In this document: positions 1 through 33,565 of the stretch, one piece after another
Layout of the letters: each line of letters begins with the position of its first letter
Position numbering within the stretch: the stretch's first letter is position 1
Assembly: GCF_009914755.1 (NCBI RefSeq)
Contig: NC_060944.1
Strand: one strand, 5' to 3'
DNA from: the human T2T-CHM13v2.0 reference genome, Homo sapiens
Length of the DNA stretch: 64,000 nt
The notes under the pieces: model-generated
Seen by the model: the letters and a program-made list of their open reading frames with translations, nothing else
The model's database searches: none
Told to the model about the DNA's origin: nothing
Made by a program: the position numbers and the translations under genes

Positions 1-280
1 TAAGAGGGGGATATTCAGTCCCTGCTTGCGACTGTTGGCGCACAGGACCGACCTTGGGCTAGTGGCCCTGGCGGGTGGGCTGGGTATGAGTGTCTAGCTT
101 GGCCCTTCACTGCAAGACTGTGCAAATTGCTTCACGTCTTCCAGTTTCCGCGGAAGGAGCGAATTGTGCTTACCTCTAAGTTTTTTGAGGATTAAATGGA
201 CCACAACGTGGTGGCTAGTTATTATATCCTGACAAAACAGCCAAAACCTGATTCTTTTTTCCCATTTAAGAGTTTATACA

Positions 281-3018
<2,738 letters not shown>

Positions 3019-3680
3019 AATTAGCATAGTTTTATGTAAGACTTTTTAATTAGAGGAAAACTGGTAATAGATCTACAACTCTACTATCTTTGCAACTTTT
3101 CAGTAAATCTAAAATTATTCTAAGTAAAAAAGATATTTTTCAACAAGAAAAATTCTATAATTTCATCTCCTCCTTCCACTGTCCATCTACATTTACCAAA
3201 CTTTAGCCCAGTGGCTTTCAAACTTTCCTGTCCCCCTGCTACTGGCAAGTATGAAAAGCAATTAAACTTTTTTGACCATTATCCACAATAAGAAATACAT
3301 TTATAACCTGGTATACAAATTCAAATATATCATCAAAATATATTCTTAAAATATGCATAAATGTACTCTAACATACTATCTCCTTTTTTAAGTACTGGTA
3401 ACTACCCACCTATGGGTTCAGACCCACAAATGAAAAGCTCTAGTTACAATGGCCTTCTCTTGGTTTCTAAAGTATAATACTTTGTGCTTTATCACACTTC
3501 AGGCCCTTAGCTCTTGCCATTCCTTCTCACCTCTCATTTCTAGATTAGCGAGCTCTTCATATTTATAAGCACTACCTCCTCAGAAAAACTTTCCTCAAAC
3601 ACCCAGCATGGTAGGTTTTCCCTGCTATGTCCTCTTACCACTTAATTCTTTCATAGCACTTATCACAATCTATAACATTG

Positions 3681-3960
3681 TTTATTTGTTTAATTATTTT
3701 CCATCTCTCCACTAAAATTTAAAACTCAGTGAGGGCAGGGTCTTTTTTGGTCCTGTTAACCAGTGTATTCCTAATACCCAGAACAAATCTGGCTCCTGGC
3801 AGGCATTCAAATAATTCTTAAATGAAGAGATACAAAAGCCCACTGAGTCATTTATGCAAATCAGATGGAGTGGCGGTCTTCTCCACAATTCCCAAGTACA
3901 GCTTCCACTTTTCCCTCAACCTCTCATAAAGTCACAGAGTAAATAGAAGGTGAGTTTATT
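3681..3960 (-). terminator. NFS1: NFS1 polyadenylation signals: AATAAA at 3955-3960 (proximal) and 3681-3686 (distal)
   Basis: + strand tttatt hexamers about 640 and 910 nt past the stop codon; usage not verifiable from sequence. Confidence 0.6.
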
Positions 3961-4596
3961 TCTCCAGTCTTGAAATTAACAATTTTCAAGAAAACAAATT
4001 ATTAGAATAACTGGTGGAGTCACAGACATATTTCTAGCTCCATTAGGTCAAAGGAAAGGAAAGAGGACAAGGGTAGAAAGGAGACAAGCCCTCTAAGAAA
4101 CTGTCCATTCAGTCTGTCTGCAGTCAATATGAAGAGATAGCCTTTGGAGCTACAGAAAATATTACATTGAAGTGGATTATGCTTGCTGTTAAAGAAGCTG
4201 GTCCAGCCGAGCAGCAGCAGAAGACGAAGACTCAAATGTCCATGTAGAGCATCATGGTCCCTGACCAAAGAGACTTCTTCTGGTTCCTCTTGCTCTCCTC
4301 ACCAAGAGCACAGATGTGCCCAGCAGCAATATGACAGCAAATGTCTCTATGGCTTCGGGATGAAAATGTCCACACACTTTAAGACCCGAGAAGAAATGGG
4401 GAGTGCTCCACACCCAAGGAACTGAAGCTAGGGAAAGACAGTTTTCTTGTGTTTCTGTCATAGAGGTGGACTGATGCTGAAGTCAACTGGTCTATACCAA
4501 TCTAGAGCATCCACTAGGTGTAACAAGGTGTCTGGTTGTGCACGGGTTGGTGAGGCAGGAGGGGCCAGACCAGCACAAAGTCAGGGCCCTATTCTT

Positions 4597-4660
4597 CTAG
4601 TGTTGGGTCCACTTGATGCTCTTGAGGTCAATGCCATCCTGAACCATCTCCCAGAGAGGG
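4597..4660 (-). CDS. NFS1: NFS1 exon 13 coding part (SPLWEMVQDGIDLKSIKWTQH*)
   Basis: ggcag| acceptor; TAG at 4597-4599; the 13 exon lengths sum to 1374 nt = 457 aa + stop. Confidence 0.97.
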
Positions 4661-6090
4661 CTGCCAAAGAGAAGAGGCATTAAATGAGTGAGGGCTTAGA
4701 TAGGAAGTCGACAACATTGGCCCCAAGGCTCTGAGCAATGGCTTGCCTCCTTCTGTCCCTGTCTGTCCTCTGCCTCTTGCCCTGGTAGACCCTAACACAG
4801 GTGGTTAAGGTATCCTGAGCTCTCCAGCTCCCTGTAAGTCCTTGTCAGCTCTCCTGAGAGCTCTCCCCAACTGCTAACAGGAATAACTAGGTTCCTCAGG
4901 CTCAATTGCAGTGGGGCCCTGAGCCAATGGACACCAAACATGGTCATATTCTTGAAGCTTTCATCCCACTGGTAAGAGGCTATGGCCATGGTTTCCCTTG
5001 GAGGAACCAAGACCCTTGAGACTTGTATAAACATCTAGTTTAAGCCTCTCTTCATATGACATGTATAAGCAGCTCGTTTCAGCCCACCACATATTACCCG
5101 CTTTTCAGCATTTGTTTCTTGGTTTTGTTCTAGTTCCCAGTTAGGGGTGGAACTTAACCCTACATCATCTTGGTATGCTGTACCCTTACCCAGTTCTTGC
5201 CCGTTTCATCTCCCCAGAGTTGGCCTGTGCTTCCAATATCCCTGGGTCTAATCCAAAAGAATTCCTTGGATCTTAGACCTGAGCATCCCATCTCACACAA
5301 GAGCTGCTGCTAAGAAATCTCTGCTAAGCTCTGATCGATCCCCAAGCAGAAGCTTGGATATCTTGGATAATGTTCCCAGACCAGATATTACTTCAGTGTG
5401 CTATGAATATGGGATTTTACAGTTTAGATTTCACCAGGTAATTTTATCAAATTTCATTATATTCTTGACTTGTCCCTCTTCTATATACTAAACATTCCCA
5501 GAATGCCTTTCTATTCATGAGATTTTCCATGGCCCTTAAAGTTAGCCATCTCCTTCCTGTCCTTCCTCTTTAGGGAAGACCACTTATTATTATAGGCTCA
5601 CAAAATAAGACTCTGAGAGCTAATAGGACCAGGCTGCATTCAGTTTGTAAAGGGTCAGAAGGAATAGGGTGCAGATGCCGAAGCCACATAGATAGGAAAC
5701 AAAAGGCTTTGCTGGCCACGTGGTCAGTAGAAATGCCTTGTGAGTATACCACAGAATACCAGAAAGTGAGGACAAAGGAAGGGTCCTGCAGTTGAGCAAG
5801 CTATAGACACTTAAGCAATACAGCTAGACCCTACAAAGAAAAATCCAGAACACAGAAAGGCCTGGGAGAGCTCATAAAGGGAAGCAGAGTATATACCTGA
5901 AATTCCTCTCTCTACCAACTAGATCAAGAGAATCCTGAAAGTCAAGGTTAACCAAGACAGAGCCAGGCTCTGAAAAAATCTAGAGGCCTCAAGGTTCCAG
6001 GAGGAAGATGAGCTCTGTGGCTACTAGGGGAAGCCCTGGTGCCAGCTGACTGGCCAAGGATCTCATTACCTTTATAAACACATTGATTGA

Positions 6091-8301
<2,211 letters not shown>

Positions 8302-8575
8302 TTAAAATCACCTGAGATGTTTTCTACTCCTCCTCCGGACCTAGTGAATCAGAATATCTGAATGTGGGACTCAGATATCATATTTCACAAACTTCCCAGG
8401 TGATACTCAATGAAGTCTGAGAACCACTGCTCTAGAAACTTTCACAAGGTTATGAGAAGAGATAAGGAGAACTCGACTGAGAAAAACTTCAGGGTGGAAA
8501 AAGAAAAAAACTGTAACAGGAGATGAAAAATATAAGAGGATGCCTTTCATAAATGTTGCAGCTCAACTCACTGAC

Positions 8576-8659
8576 CTGATAGAAGAGTGCGCTAAATCCT
8601 CATCAGTGCCAATTGCTCTAAGCACATAAGAGGGCTCCAGGGATGCAGAGGTGCAGGCA
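8576..8659 (-). CDS. NFS1: NFS1 exon 11 ([28 protein letters not shown]; catalytic Cys381)
   Basis: 84 nt, ctcag| ... CAG|GTCAGT; SSGSACTS persulfide loop, Cys codon at 8653-8655. Confidence 0.97.
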
Positions 8660-9324
8660 CTGAGGAGAGAGACACGAACCTTGTTCAGTTCATCATCAAC
8701 GTCTACTTTTAGTCACAAACCCTCAGTCTTGTTCCCATCCCCCAGGGCCCTGGAGTCATACCCTGGAGAAAACAAGAGACCTTCTAATCTGGCAGAACTA
8801 AAGGACCTGATGCTCCCCTGCACATCCTAGGATGTGTGAACCTAGCTCCTCTGGCCCCCATGGTGGATGACTTCCTTAAGCAAGGACGCTGGCAAAGTGT
8901 GACAGAGCATGATACCACATGGGTTTGACAAGAAGACGCAGCAGAGGACCATGTGCTCACTTCCCCAGGACGTAATGCACCATCTGCACCAGCCTGAAGG
9001 GCAGCCAAACACTTAGTGGCCTTTGGAGCATCTTCAATTCTAGAGGCCTGTAACAGAACTGCTAGTGTAACCCACAACAGACACATACATCCCCTGGGAC
9101 GATAAAAGGCACAAAATTCTACCCCAGGAAGTCTTCCTAGGGTGGTAAACTTCAGTCTGTACCCAGCTACCCAGCCAACCAAAAAAAGAGAGGCACTTAC
9201 AAAATGACCTTTACCCTTAATCAAGAGGTCTTGTGCCTATCATCTCCACACTGGGAAGTTTAATAGCCTGTATGACTCTTCTAAGTGGCCCTGCCGCAGG
9301 CCCTGTCTATGCCGTCCAGCTCAC

Positions 9325-9406
9325 CTCCCTGAGGATAAGGCAACGTCCTTCAGTGCCATCAGCAGACTTTCCCCTTCCACATATGCAAAGGAGAGGTTGA
9401 TACAGC
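9325..9406 (-). CDS. NFS1: NFS1 exon 10 ([27 protein letters not shown])
   Basis: 82 nt, tccag| ... GAG|GTGAGC; only an 80 nt intron separates it from exon 9. Confidence 0.96.
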
Positions 9407-9486
9407 CTGGAGGAAAGAAATACTGTGAGAGAGGTCTCAGAGTCTCAGCCTCTACCAGAATGAGGATAGAAAGAGCAAGTCCATAC

Positions 9487-9592
9487 CGGGATAATGGTGC
9501 TTAGGGTCCCCATTCATCACCACATCTGGAAGGCTCTTCATTATATTCTGTATCAGCCGCTCTGACAACTTTGAGATTCGCTTGTGGTCATA
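9487..9592 (-). CDS. NFS1: NFS1 exon 9 ([35 protein letters not shown])
   Basis: 106 nt, ccttag| ... CCG|GTATGG, frame continuous. Confidence 0.95.
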
Positions 9593-10019
9593 CTAAGGAG
9601 CAGGCAAGGAAGGATTAGGCAGTAACCATTAACCAGCTCAGAAAGACAGTTTGAGAAGCCCTTCTCCTATAACTGGAAGTGACTATGTATCAGCCCCACC
9701 TATCATCCTATGTACTCATGGGGACCACTGTATCTCCAGTACTGAGCATAGTGCCTGGTATGCAAAAGGCGCTTGATAACTGGACACAGGGTTCATTTAC
9801 TTATCCAGAAATAAATGAGCTGATAACTACTAAAAGGCCATGGGTTTTGAAGCCCATAATGTCTCCCTCAGAACAAGGTGCCAGCAGCACCAGGACAAGG
9901 AAGAGTTTTCTTAAGCCCTCTCTCCCTGCAGAGATCTGCCTCAGTCATGCTGAGAAGCCTCTAAATAGGAGACCCAGCACAGGGGAAGAAGTTGTGGGAG
10001 GGAACTGCTCTCCCCATAC

Positions 10020-10177
10020 CTCCATCTCTTGCTGTGCCACCTCACACGCAGCCCCCAGCCCCACCACTAAGGGTGTGGGCACTGTCCCAGACCGCATACC
10101 CCGCTCCTGCCCCCCTCCACTCTGCAGGGCCTCCACACGCACACGGGGCCGGCGACGGATGTAGATGGCACCAACCC
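10020..10177 (-). CDS. NFS1: NFS1 exon 8 ([32 protein letters not shown]...QQEME)
   Basis: 158 nt, ttcccag| ... GAG|GTATGG; GGGQERGxRSGT motif. Confidence 0.97.
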
Positions 10178-10571
10178 CTGGGAAACAAAATTTGTTACAA
10201 AAAACAGAAAGAGAGAAAAGTAGATAAAACAAAATATTTCTTTCCAAAGGGATCAAAATATTACTTCAACTTTTCTGTAAGCATGAAATTTTTCTAAATA
10301 AAAAACGTTAAGGAAAAGAAGAAACAGCAGTAAAAGCATAGTATTTAGTAAAATATTTAACATCTGGAAGATAAATGCCAGAAGGAGTAATGATCAAAAT
10401 GGTTTAAAGTAGCTCCCTATGCTATATGAAATGCCATCATACATTACAGTATTATTCATAATAGCAAAAATACTGGGAACAACTTAGATGTCCATCATCA
10501 GGGTAATGGTCAAATAGATTATGGCATGTCCATACAATGAAATACCAAGCAGGTGTATAAAAGAATGAGGG

Positions 10572-13850
<3,279 letters not shown>

Positions 13851-14097
13851 AAATAATGTATTAAACTGTATTTATTAAGAATTATTTCATTTCTCCATTT
13901 AAAAAAATTCAAGAATCTTATACTATCTGAGTCTAAACAGTTCCCAAATTCAAACAGCAAGTGCTCAAATACCATGTCTGAACAGTGAAGAATGCCACAT
14001 TATCTAAATCTATTTAGATTCTGGACTTGGAAAGCAGGAGGTTGGATAATGAGGGACACCTGTACACATGTAAGTGTTGATCAGAGCTTCTGATCAA

Positions 14098-14539
14098 TGA
14101 GTTCATTGGTTTTTTGTTTTTAAAATTTTTGTGAGTACACAGGAGGTATATATATTATGGAGTTCATGAGATTTTTTTTGTTTTTGAGAGGGAGTCTCGC
14201 CTGTCGCCCAGGCAGTGGTGTGATCTCGGCTCACTGCAACCTCTGGCTCCTGGGTTCAAACGATTCTCCTGCCTCAGTCTCCTGAGTAGCTGGGATTAAA
14301 GGCACATGCCACCACACCCGGCTAATTTTTTTATTTTTAGTAGAGACGGGGGTTCACCATGTTGATCAGGCTGGTCTTGAACTCCTGACCTCGTGATCCG
14401 CCCGCCTTGGCTTCCCAAAGTGCTGGGATTACAGGTGTAAGCCACCGTGCCCAGCCCATGAGATGTTTTAATACAGGCATATAATGTGAAATAGGCACAT
14501 GATGAAGAATGGGGTATCCAGCCTGAGTTCATTGGTTTT
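14098..14539 (-). mobile_element. Short L1MA 3' end insertion with a nested Alu, flanked by TSD TGAGTTCATTGGTTTT
   Basis: 16 bp direct repeat at 14098-14113 and 14524-14539; inner Alu flanked by CATGAGAT repeats. Confidence 0.7.
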
Positions 14540-15060
14540 TATCAAAAAGACTTATCTACAATAAAAGCCAATAAAAGCAACATTTTATTAAAAGACAGAA
14601 CGCTTACTGGGCTTTTTGAAATAATAACTCACAAAAAACACTCTACAACCTCTGGGAACCCTTAGAAGACGCCATCTTCCATAATTCCAGAAGCTATTAC
14701 ACCTACTTCCACAAGGTATACACCCAGATAACACACCCTGCAGACATAAAAAGGGTACCAGCACAGACATCAACCCAAAAAAGGCCCTCACTTGAGAAAG
14801 AGGAGTTATATTTTATATTTATATTTTATGGTTACCTTCACAAAACAGAGGACAACAGTCTATTCCCAAGGGTTAAGGGAAAGAGGCATAACTCAAGCTT
14901 GAACACATTCCAATAGGACCATAGGGAACAAACATGTATCCTTGAGAGACTAACAGGATAACAGACTATGAAGTCTTCTAAGAATAAACACAAAGATAGC
15001 TGGGCTTGGTGGCTCACATCTATAATCCCAGCACTTTGGGAGGCCGAGACGGGCGGATCA

Positions 15061-15363
<303 letters not shown>

Positions 15364-15711
15364 TCAAATAGTTGCTCTGCACATCATAGTGGGGAAAACA
15401 AGATAGCTGGGCCTATCTAGATAAATTTGATTTGACAAAACCCATTTTTCCTCAACCAAATTAAGATCTACATGCTTGCTAAGGATTTGTTAAAGAGAGC
15501 AAGAAAGAATGGCCTGATGTATAGTAACTGCTAAGGTCTACAAACAAGCAAGTGTTTCTGGCTATTGCTAAATGACATTTGCATTCTACAAGGGACTCTG
15601 AATGTACAACTTCCTCTGAGAGCAACAGTAGTCCCAAATGACTGTGACAAACATCTATCAAAGGTCTTGCTGGAAGGTACAGAGAGAAGGAACTCTAGAA
15701 GGGGCTGGTAC

Positions 15712-15846
15712 CTTTGGGACCGTAGATTTTGTGACCACTAATGCTCATGAGATCAATTTTCATGTCATTGACATCAAGTGGGATTTTTCCAACAGCCTGG
15801 GCTGCATCAGTATGGAAATATACCTTTCTGGAACTGCAAATCCGCC
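15712..15846 (-). CDS. NFS1: NFS1 exon 7 ([21 protein letters not shown]...SGHKIYGPK; PLP-binding Lys258)
   Basis: 135 nt, cctcag| ... AAG|GTACCA; HTDAAQ and SGHK motifs; Lys codon at 15728-15730. Confidence 0.97.
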
Positions 15847-16862
15847 CTGAGGAAACAGAGGGGAAGACCCACAGCACAATGTTGGAAAGTCATCTGTCAG
15901 AGTCCCACAGTGCACTGTGAATTATCTCCAATAGTAAATGACCTGTAAATATTAAACTCCTCCCCTCCCTCCTTCTACCCCTTCTCCTTCCTCTTTTCCT
16001 TCCCTCCTCCCCCTTCCCCCTTCCTCCCTCTCTGTGTCTCAGTAGCTTCCCTTCTTTAGAATAAAAAAGATGAAGGGCAAAGCACCAGATCGAAACACTC
16101 GTGATATTCTTATGCATACAATTCTCACCACCTCATTAACACCAGCCTTTCAAAATGTCAGATTACTTTCTAGATCCCTTTTGATTAAAAAACAAACAAA
16201 ACAAAATAAAAAAAAAAAAACAAGATTAACAGATCTTTGTGCTAATGTGCCTAAAGAAATTACAGGGCGATCTCTATGTGGGGAGAATAGAGATGTTCTA
16301 AAAGGAAAAAGAGTAGCAGGCTTTTTTGTTTTGTGGTTGGTTTTGGCAGCAACTGCAATAAAATTAAAAACCATAAAAGGTGCTAGACCTGGCCGGGAGC
16401 AGTGGCTCACGCCTGTAATCCCAGCACTTTGGGAGGCCAAGGCGGACGGATCACCTGAGGTTAGGAGTTCAAGACCAGCCTGGCCAACATGGCAAAACCT
16501 CATCTCTACTAAAAATACAAAAATTAGCCAGGCATAGTGGTACACACCTGTAGTCCCAGCTACTCAAGAGGCTGAGGCGGTAGGATCATTTGAACCCAGA
16601 GTGAGGAGGTTGCAGGGAGCTGAGATCACACCACTGCACTCCAGCCTAGGTGACAGAGTGATACTCTGTCTCAATGAAAAAAAAAATGGTAATAGACCTG
16701 GATTCAAATACTGCCTATGACACTTCCAATGTCCTTGAACAAAGTACTTAGGCTTTCCCTTGATTTCCTAACTACACTCCATAGAGTATTACAGCTCTCA
16801 GTATACTACCTCATACAGAGCCCCATGGTGGGCAGGGATCAGGGATAAGCCATGATACTCAC

Positions 16863-16956
16863 CTATTTCTGCAATAGGCTGCTTCACTCCAATCTCATTG
16901 TTCACAGTCATGACTGACACCAGGCTAGTATCTGGCTGGATAGCAGCCTCTAGTTC
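16863..16956 (-). CDS. NFS1: NFS1 exon 6 ([31 protein letters not shown])
   Basis: 94 nt, ccctag| ... ATAG|GTGAGT; VNNEIG motif. Confidence 0.96.
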
Positions 16957-17029
16957 CTAGGGATATGCAGGAGTAAGGTGACTAGATAGTACAAACAAAG
17001 TCCTCCTAAATCAGAATATAGGCAAACTT

Positions 17030-21505
<4,476 letters not shown>

Positions 21506-21697
21506 AATTTCTAAGTGCTTAAAAAGGCACCATGTAAAGAACTCTGAATATCAGGCAAAATGAAGTTATAATTCATGTCAAAGGAAATGGGAAATCTCTC
21601 AAGATTTTTGAGTAAAGTGAGAAAAGGCCAAATAAGTACTTTAGAAATAAAGTCTGATGAGGATGTGCAGGACACACTGGAAGGTTGTTGCTAAAGG

Positions 21698-22376
21698 TGT
21701 GGGCAGCAAGCCACCCAGGTGCCGAGGCAAGAGACCAAGGGCACGAGCTGTTCCAGTATAATAAAATATATAAAATAAGAATAGTTATACTAGATATAGA
21801 TCTTAGATATGATTATATATGAATATCATTAATCATTAGTTTGTAGTGATTACTCTTTATTCTAATATTATAATAATCCTCGCTCTACAATCATAACCTA
21901 GGAAAAACCAGGCCATACAGAGATAGGAGCTGAGGGGACATAGTGAGAAGTGACCAGAAGACAAGAGGCGAGCCTTCTGTTATGCGTGGACAGGGCCACC
22001 AGAGGGCTCCTTGGTCTAGCGGTAACGCCAGCATCTGGGAAGACGCCCTTTGCCAAGCAGACCATGGTCTAGCGGTAGCGTCAGTGTCAAGGAAAAACAC
22101 CCACTACTTAGCAGACCAGGAAAGGGAATCCCCCTTTCCCCGGGGGAGTTTAGAGAAGACTCTACTCCTCCACCTCTTGTGGAGGGCCTGACATCAGGCC
22201 TGCCCGCAGTTATCTGGAGGCCTAACCGTCTCCCTGTGATGCTGTGCTTCAGTGGTCACACTCCTAGTCTGTCTTCATGTTCCATCCTGTACACCTGGCT
22301 CTGCCTTTTCGTTAGCAGTAGCAAATTAGTGAAAGTACTAAAAGTCTCTGATAAGCAGAAATAATGGCGTAAGCTG

Positions 22377-22414
<38 letters not shown>

Positions 22415-22708
22415 GCCTTGGCTGCCAGGCAGGGAAGGGCCCCCTGTCCAATGGACACGTGACCCACGTGACCTTACCTATCATTAGAGATGGCTCACAC
22501 TCCTTACCCTGCCCCTTTGTCTTGTATCCAATAAATATCAGCGCAGGCTGGCATTCGGGGCCACTACCAGTCTCCGTGCCTTGGTGGTAGTGGTCCCCTG
22601 GGCCCAGCTGTCTTTTCTTTTATCTCTGTCTTGTGTCTTTATTTCTACGCTCTCTCGTCTCTGCACATGGGGAGAAAACCCACCGACCCTGTGGGGCTGG
22701 ACCCTACA
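21698..22708 (+). mobile_element. Solo ERV LTR, LTR13-type (HERV-K13 related), ~1011 bp, in NFS1 intron 5, antisense to NFS1
   Basis: TG...CA termini (TGTGGGCAGCAAGCCACCCAGGTGCCGAGG ... GGCTGGACCCTACA); AAAGG target-site duplication on both sides; AATAAA at 22530-22535; family assigned from remembered consensus. Confidence 0.85.
22377..22413 (+). repeat. (CT)n microsatellite inside the LTR
   Basis: direct reading. Confidence 0.9.
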
Positions 22709-22789
22709 AAAGGACTAGTTCAGGCAACAGAGATTAAAGTCCAGAGGCAGCTAAGATGCAGGATACAATCCAAACAAAGAAATGAGAGG

Positions 22790-25190
<2,401 letters not shown>

Positions 25191-25387
25191 CAAGTCCTCC
25201 AGAGAAAAGGAGGACAGTACACACTCAAGGGGAACATGATCTCGTTCTCTGCCAGGCTTATTTCTCTAAACTTCATCCTAACTGTTAGATCTATTCCTTC
25301 AAGCTCCAGCTAGGGCCCAAGAGAGAAATTTACAAGCTGAAGCCAGGCTCCTCCATTTTTGCTCCTCCTGCCAATAGCCACTCCTAC

Positions 25388-25540
25388 CTTTAGGTCAATG
25401 ATCCCACTCTTCTGCACTGGGAGGTAGGTGACCTGAAAGCCCTCAGCTTCCAGTGAACGGCAGGAGTCCAAGACACATTTGTGTTCTGTCTGGGTGGTGA
25501 TCAAGTGCTTTTTCCGTGACCTGTAGAATCGGGCCACCCC
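25388..25540 (-). CDS. NFS1: NFS1 exon 5 ([24 protein letters not shown]...IIDLK)
   Basis: 153 nt, ttctag| ... AAG|GTAGGA; EHKCV motif. Confidence 0.97.
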
Positions 25541-25629
25541 CTAGAAATTGGTGGTGACAGATGGAAGGAGAACATACTCAGAGAGACAGCAATGACTTCA
25601 ATCTCATTTGTAAAGGAAAAGTGGGCAAG

Positions 25630-26118
25630 AACAGTATGCTCCAACACCAGTTCTCTCATACCAACTGAGTATCCTATAATTCAATTCTGAGGCTAACTCT
25701 CCAGACTTAGTGAAAACCCCATGGGTTAAGGGCTCAATCGTACAAGACTGCCCCTAGTTCAGATACCAGACATAAGTCCCAGGGGTCTCAAGCTACCCAT
25801 ACTTCTGCCCAGTCAAATACAAATTCAGGGCTTCCCGAAGCCCGGTCAAGTTCAATAATTCACTAGAATAAATCACATTTGTCCAAACCCATAGAATGTA
25901 CAACACCAGTGAATCCTAATATAAGCTATGGACTTTGGGTGATAATGATGTATCAATATCAGGTCATCAATTGCAACAAATGTACCACTTGATGGAGGAT
26001 GCTAATAATGGCAGAAGGCTGTGCATACCTGGGGGCAGGGCATATATAGGAAATTTCTATACCTTCCTTTCAATTTTGCTGTGAACCTAAAACTGCTATA
26101 AAAAATAAAATCTATTAA
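25630..26118. mobile_element. MER21-like LTR fragment (~25630-25870) followed by an L1M 3' end (~25872-26118)
   Basis: acaagactgcccc..ttcagatacca motif; cacatttgtccaaacccatagaatgtacaacacc...aaaaataaaatctatt. Confidence 0.55.
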
Positions 26119-26432
26119 AATAATAATAGTATACAGATTAATGTAGGTATTTAAAAATCTGGAGAAATATACAGCAAATTAGCAGTGAAAATGTGTTTAG
26201 AGTTCTACTCTATATTATTGGAATTTATGATTCATTCATTTAACCAATATTTAGCACCTCCAGTATCCCAAGTAATTTTCTAGGTGCCAGTGATATAACA
26301 GTAAACAAGTCATGAGTAGGTATTACTGTTAATATCACAAGAAACAATAAAGGTACATTTAAAAATTCCTGGAATTTCAACTATTACAAGAAACTAAAAA
26401 AAACATTTATCTCATTGAAGAAAAAAAAAAAG

Positions 26433-32292
<5,860 letters not shown>

Positions 32293-32334
32293 GAACTATT
32301 GAGCTCTTACTATTTATAGTACTTCTTACTTACA

Positions 32335-32535
32335 GATGTTGTGGTAATAAACACTTTATCAGCATTGTCTTATTTAATCCACCCAGTAACCCTACAGAGT
32401 AGAAACTACCACAATCTCTGTTTTAAATGAGGAAAATAAGGCTCAAAGAAATTAGATAACTTGCCCAAGTCATTTAGCCAGGAAATATGGGAACCAATCA
32501 AATGCCTGCAGTCAAACTCCAAGGCTGCTCTTTGA
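32335..32535 (-). mobile_element. MIR fragment (another at ~34905-35105 in the ROMO1 intron)
   Basis: ttttaaatgaggaaaataaggctca..aacttgcccaagtca MIR core motif. Confidence 0.65.
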
Positions 32536-32658
32536 ATCTCTTCCAGAAAGAATCCAAAACCATTTCTACCTCCATGCACACCTACCAAGAAAGAAATGCC
32601 TCCCACAGGCCACTGCCCCTCTTTGACCTTAGAACCTCCTAGACTCCTGTGTACTAAC

Positions 32659-32775
32659 CTGACGAGCACGTTCCATGGCTGCCTCACTCTCCCAGCCATA
32701 AGCATGTGTCCGGGAGTGTGGGTTCCCATAGTAGTTGATTAGGTAAGGGAGCATGGCATCAAGCACCCGGGGGTC
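32659..32775 (-). CDS. NFS1: NFS1 exon 3 ([39 protein letters not shown])
   Basis: 117 nt, ttcag| ... CAG|GTTAGT; GNPHSRTH IscS/NifS motif; Arg72 codon is CGG. Confidence 0.97.
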
Positions 32776-33455
32776 CTGAACACAACAGAACAGATCATTT
32801 TCCTTGAGCGCATCGTCAATTCAGGTCCCACTCCACCCCTCAGACCTGGCCACCCTGCCTTAAGACACTCTCAACCCCTCAGGCACTGCCTAGAGGAGGC
32901 CTCAAACATTCTTTTGTTCCCACAAAACTACCCACCAAATATCAACCTAATACACTCCCACTCACAACCCATCCCAACTCGGATTGTTCTGCCTCCCCTC
33001 AGGTAGTCTACAAACACTGCCTTGTTCCGACATCTGTTTCTGCTGGTGTTTCCATTCCTGCCAGGTAATGTGATCTATAAGGGGCTGGGACAGGACAGGG
33101 CCTAGGCAAACACCCCTGGTCACACATTGGTGAAAACTTGCATTAGTCTTTTAACCCGTTTAATACTTGTCCAAGTTCACACAGTTACTAAGTGGCCGTT
33201 CTGCTCATTCCAGAGCCCATGCTTTTAACTAATACTATAGAGCCTGCGCTGAAGTGATCTGACCAAGGTCAATTGCTAGTGAGTAGTAAAGCCAATGCCA
33301 GTGGCCTCGAATTTAAGCCTCCCGACTCCTCGCTCAGTGCTTTTTCCAGCACACCTTCACGGCTCTCACTTCTCCAGGGATTCAGCCATTTCTTTGCGTG
33401 ATCACGCCCATCATTTACTTCCTATAAGCAGCCTTGGGAAAAGCTTCATCCTTAC

Positions 33456-33565
33456 CAGAGGAGTTGTAGCTTGCACATCCATATAGAGAGGTCGCAGCAC
33501 TGGCCCCACCTCCGGGGCAGCGGCTGTATCTGCGGGAACCGCAGACTGAGGAGCACGGTCTCCAA
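33456..33565 (-). CDS. NFS1: NFS1 exon 2 (VGDRAP...LYMDVQATTPL; contains Met61)
   Basis: acceptor tttttatcag|, donor CTG|GTAAGG, 110 nt, frame continuous; YMDxQATTP class V aminotransferase motif. Confidence 0.97.

Noticed and set aside
9679-10164. 161 aa + strand ORF antisense to NFS1 exon 8 (likewise 35431-35871 antisense to ROMO1)
   Set aside because: Antisense shadows of real coding exons with no recognisable protein or splice/promoter support
14077-14097. Perfect hairpin TTGATCAGA-GCT-TCTGATCAA
   Set aside because: A 9 bp stem is plausible by chance in 64 kb and too short for a pre-miRNA
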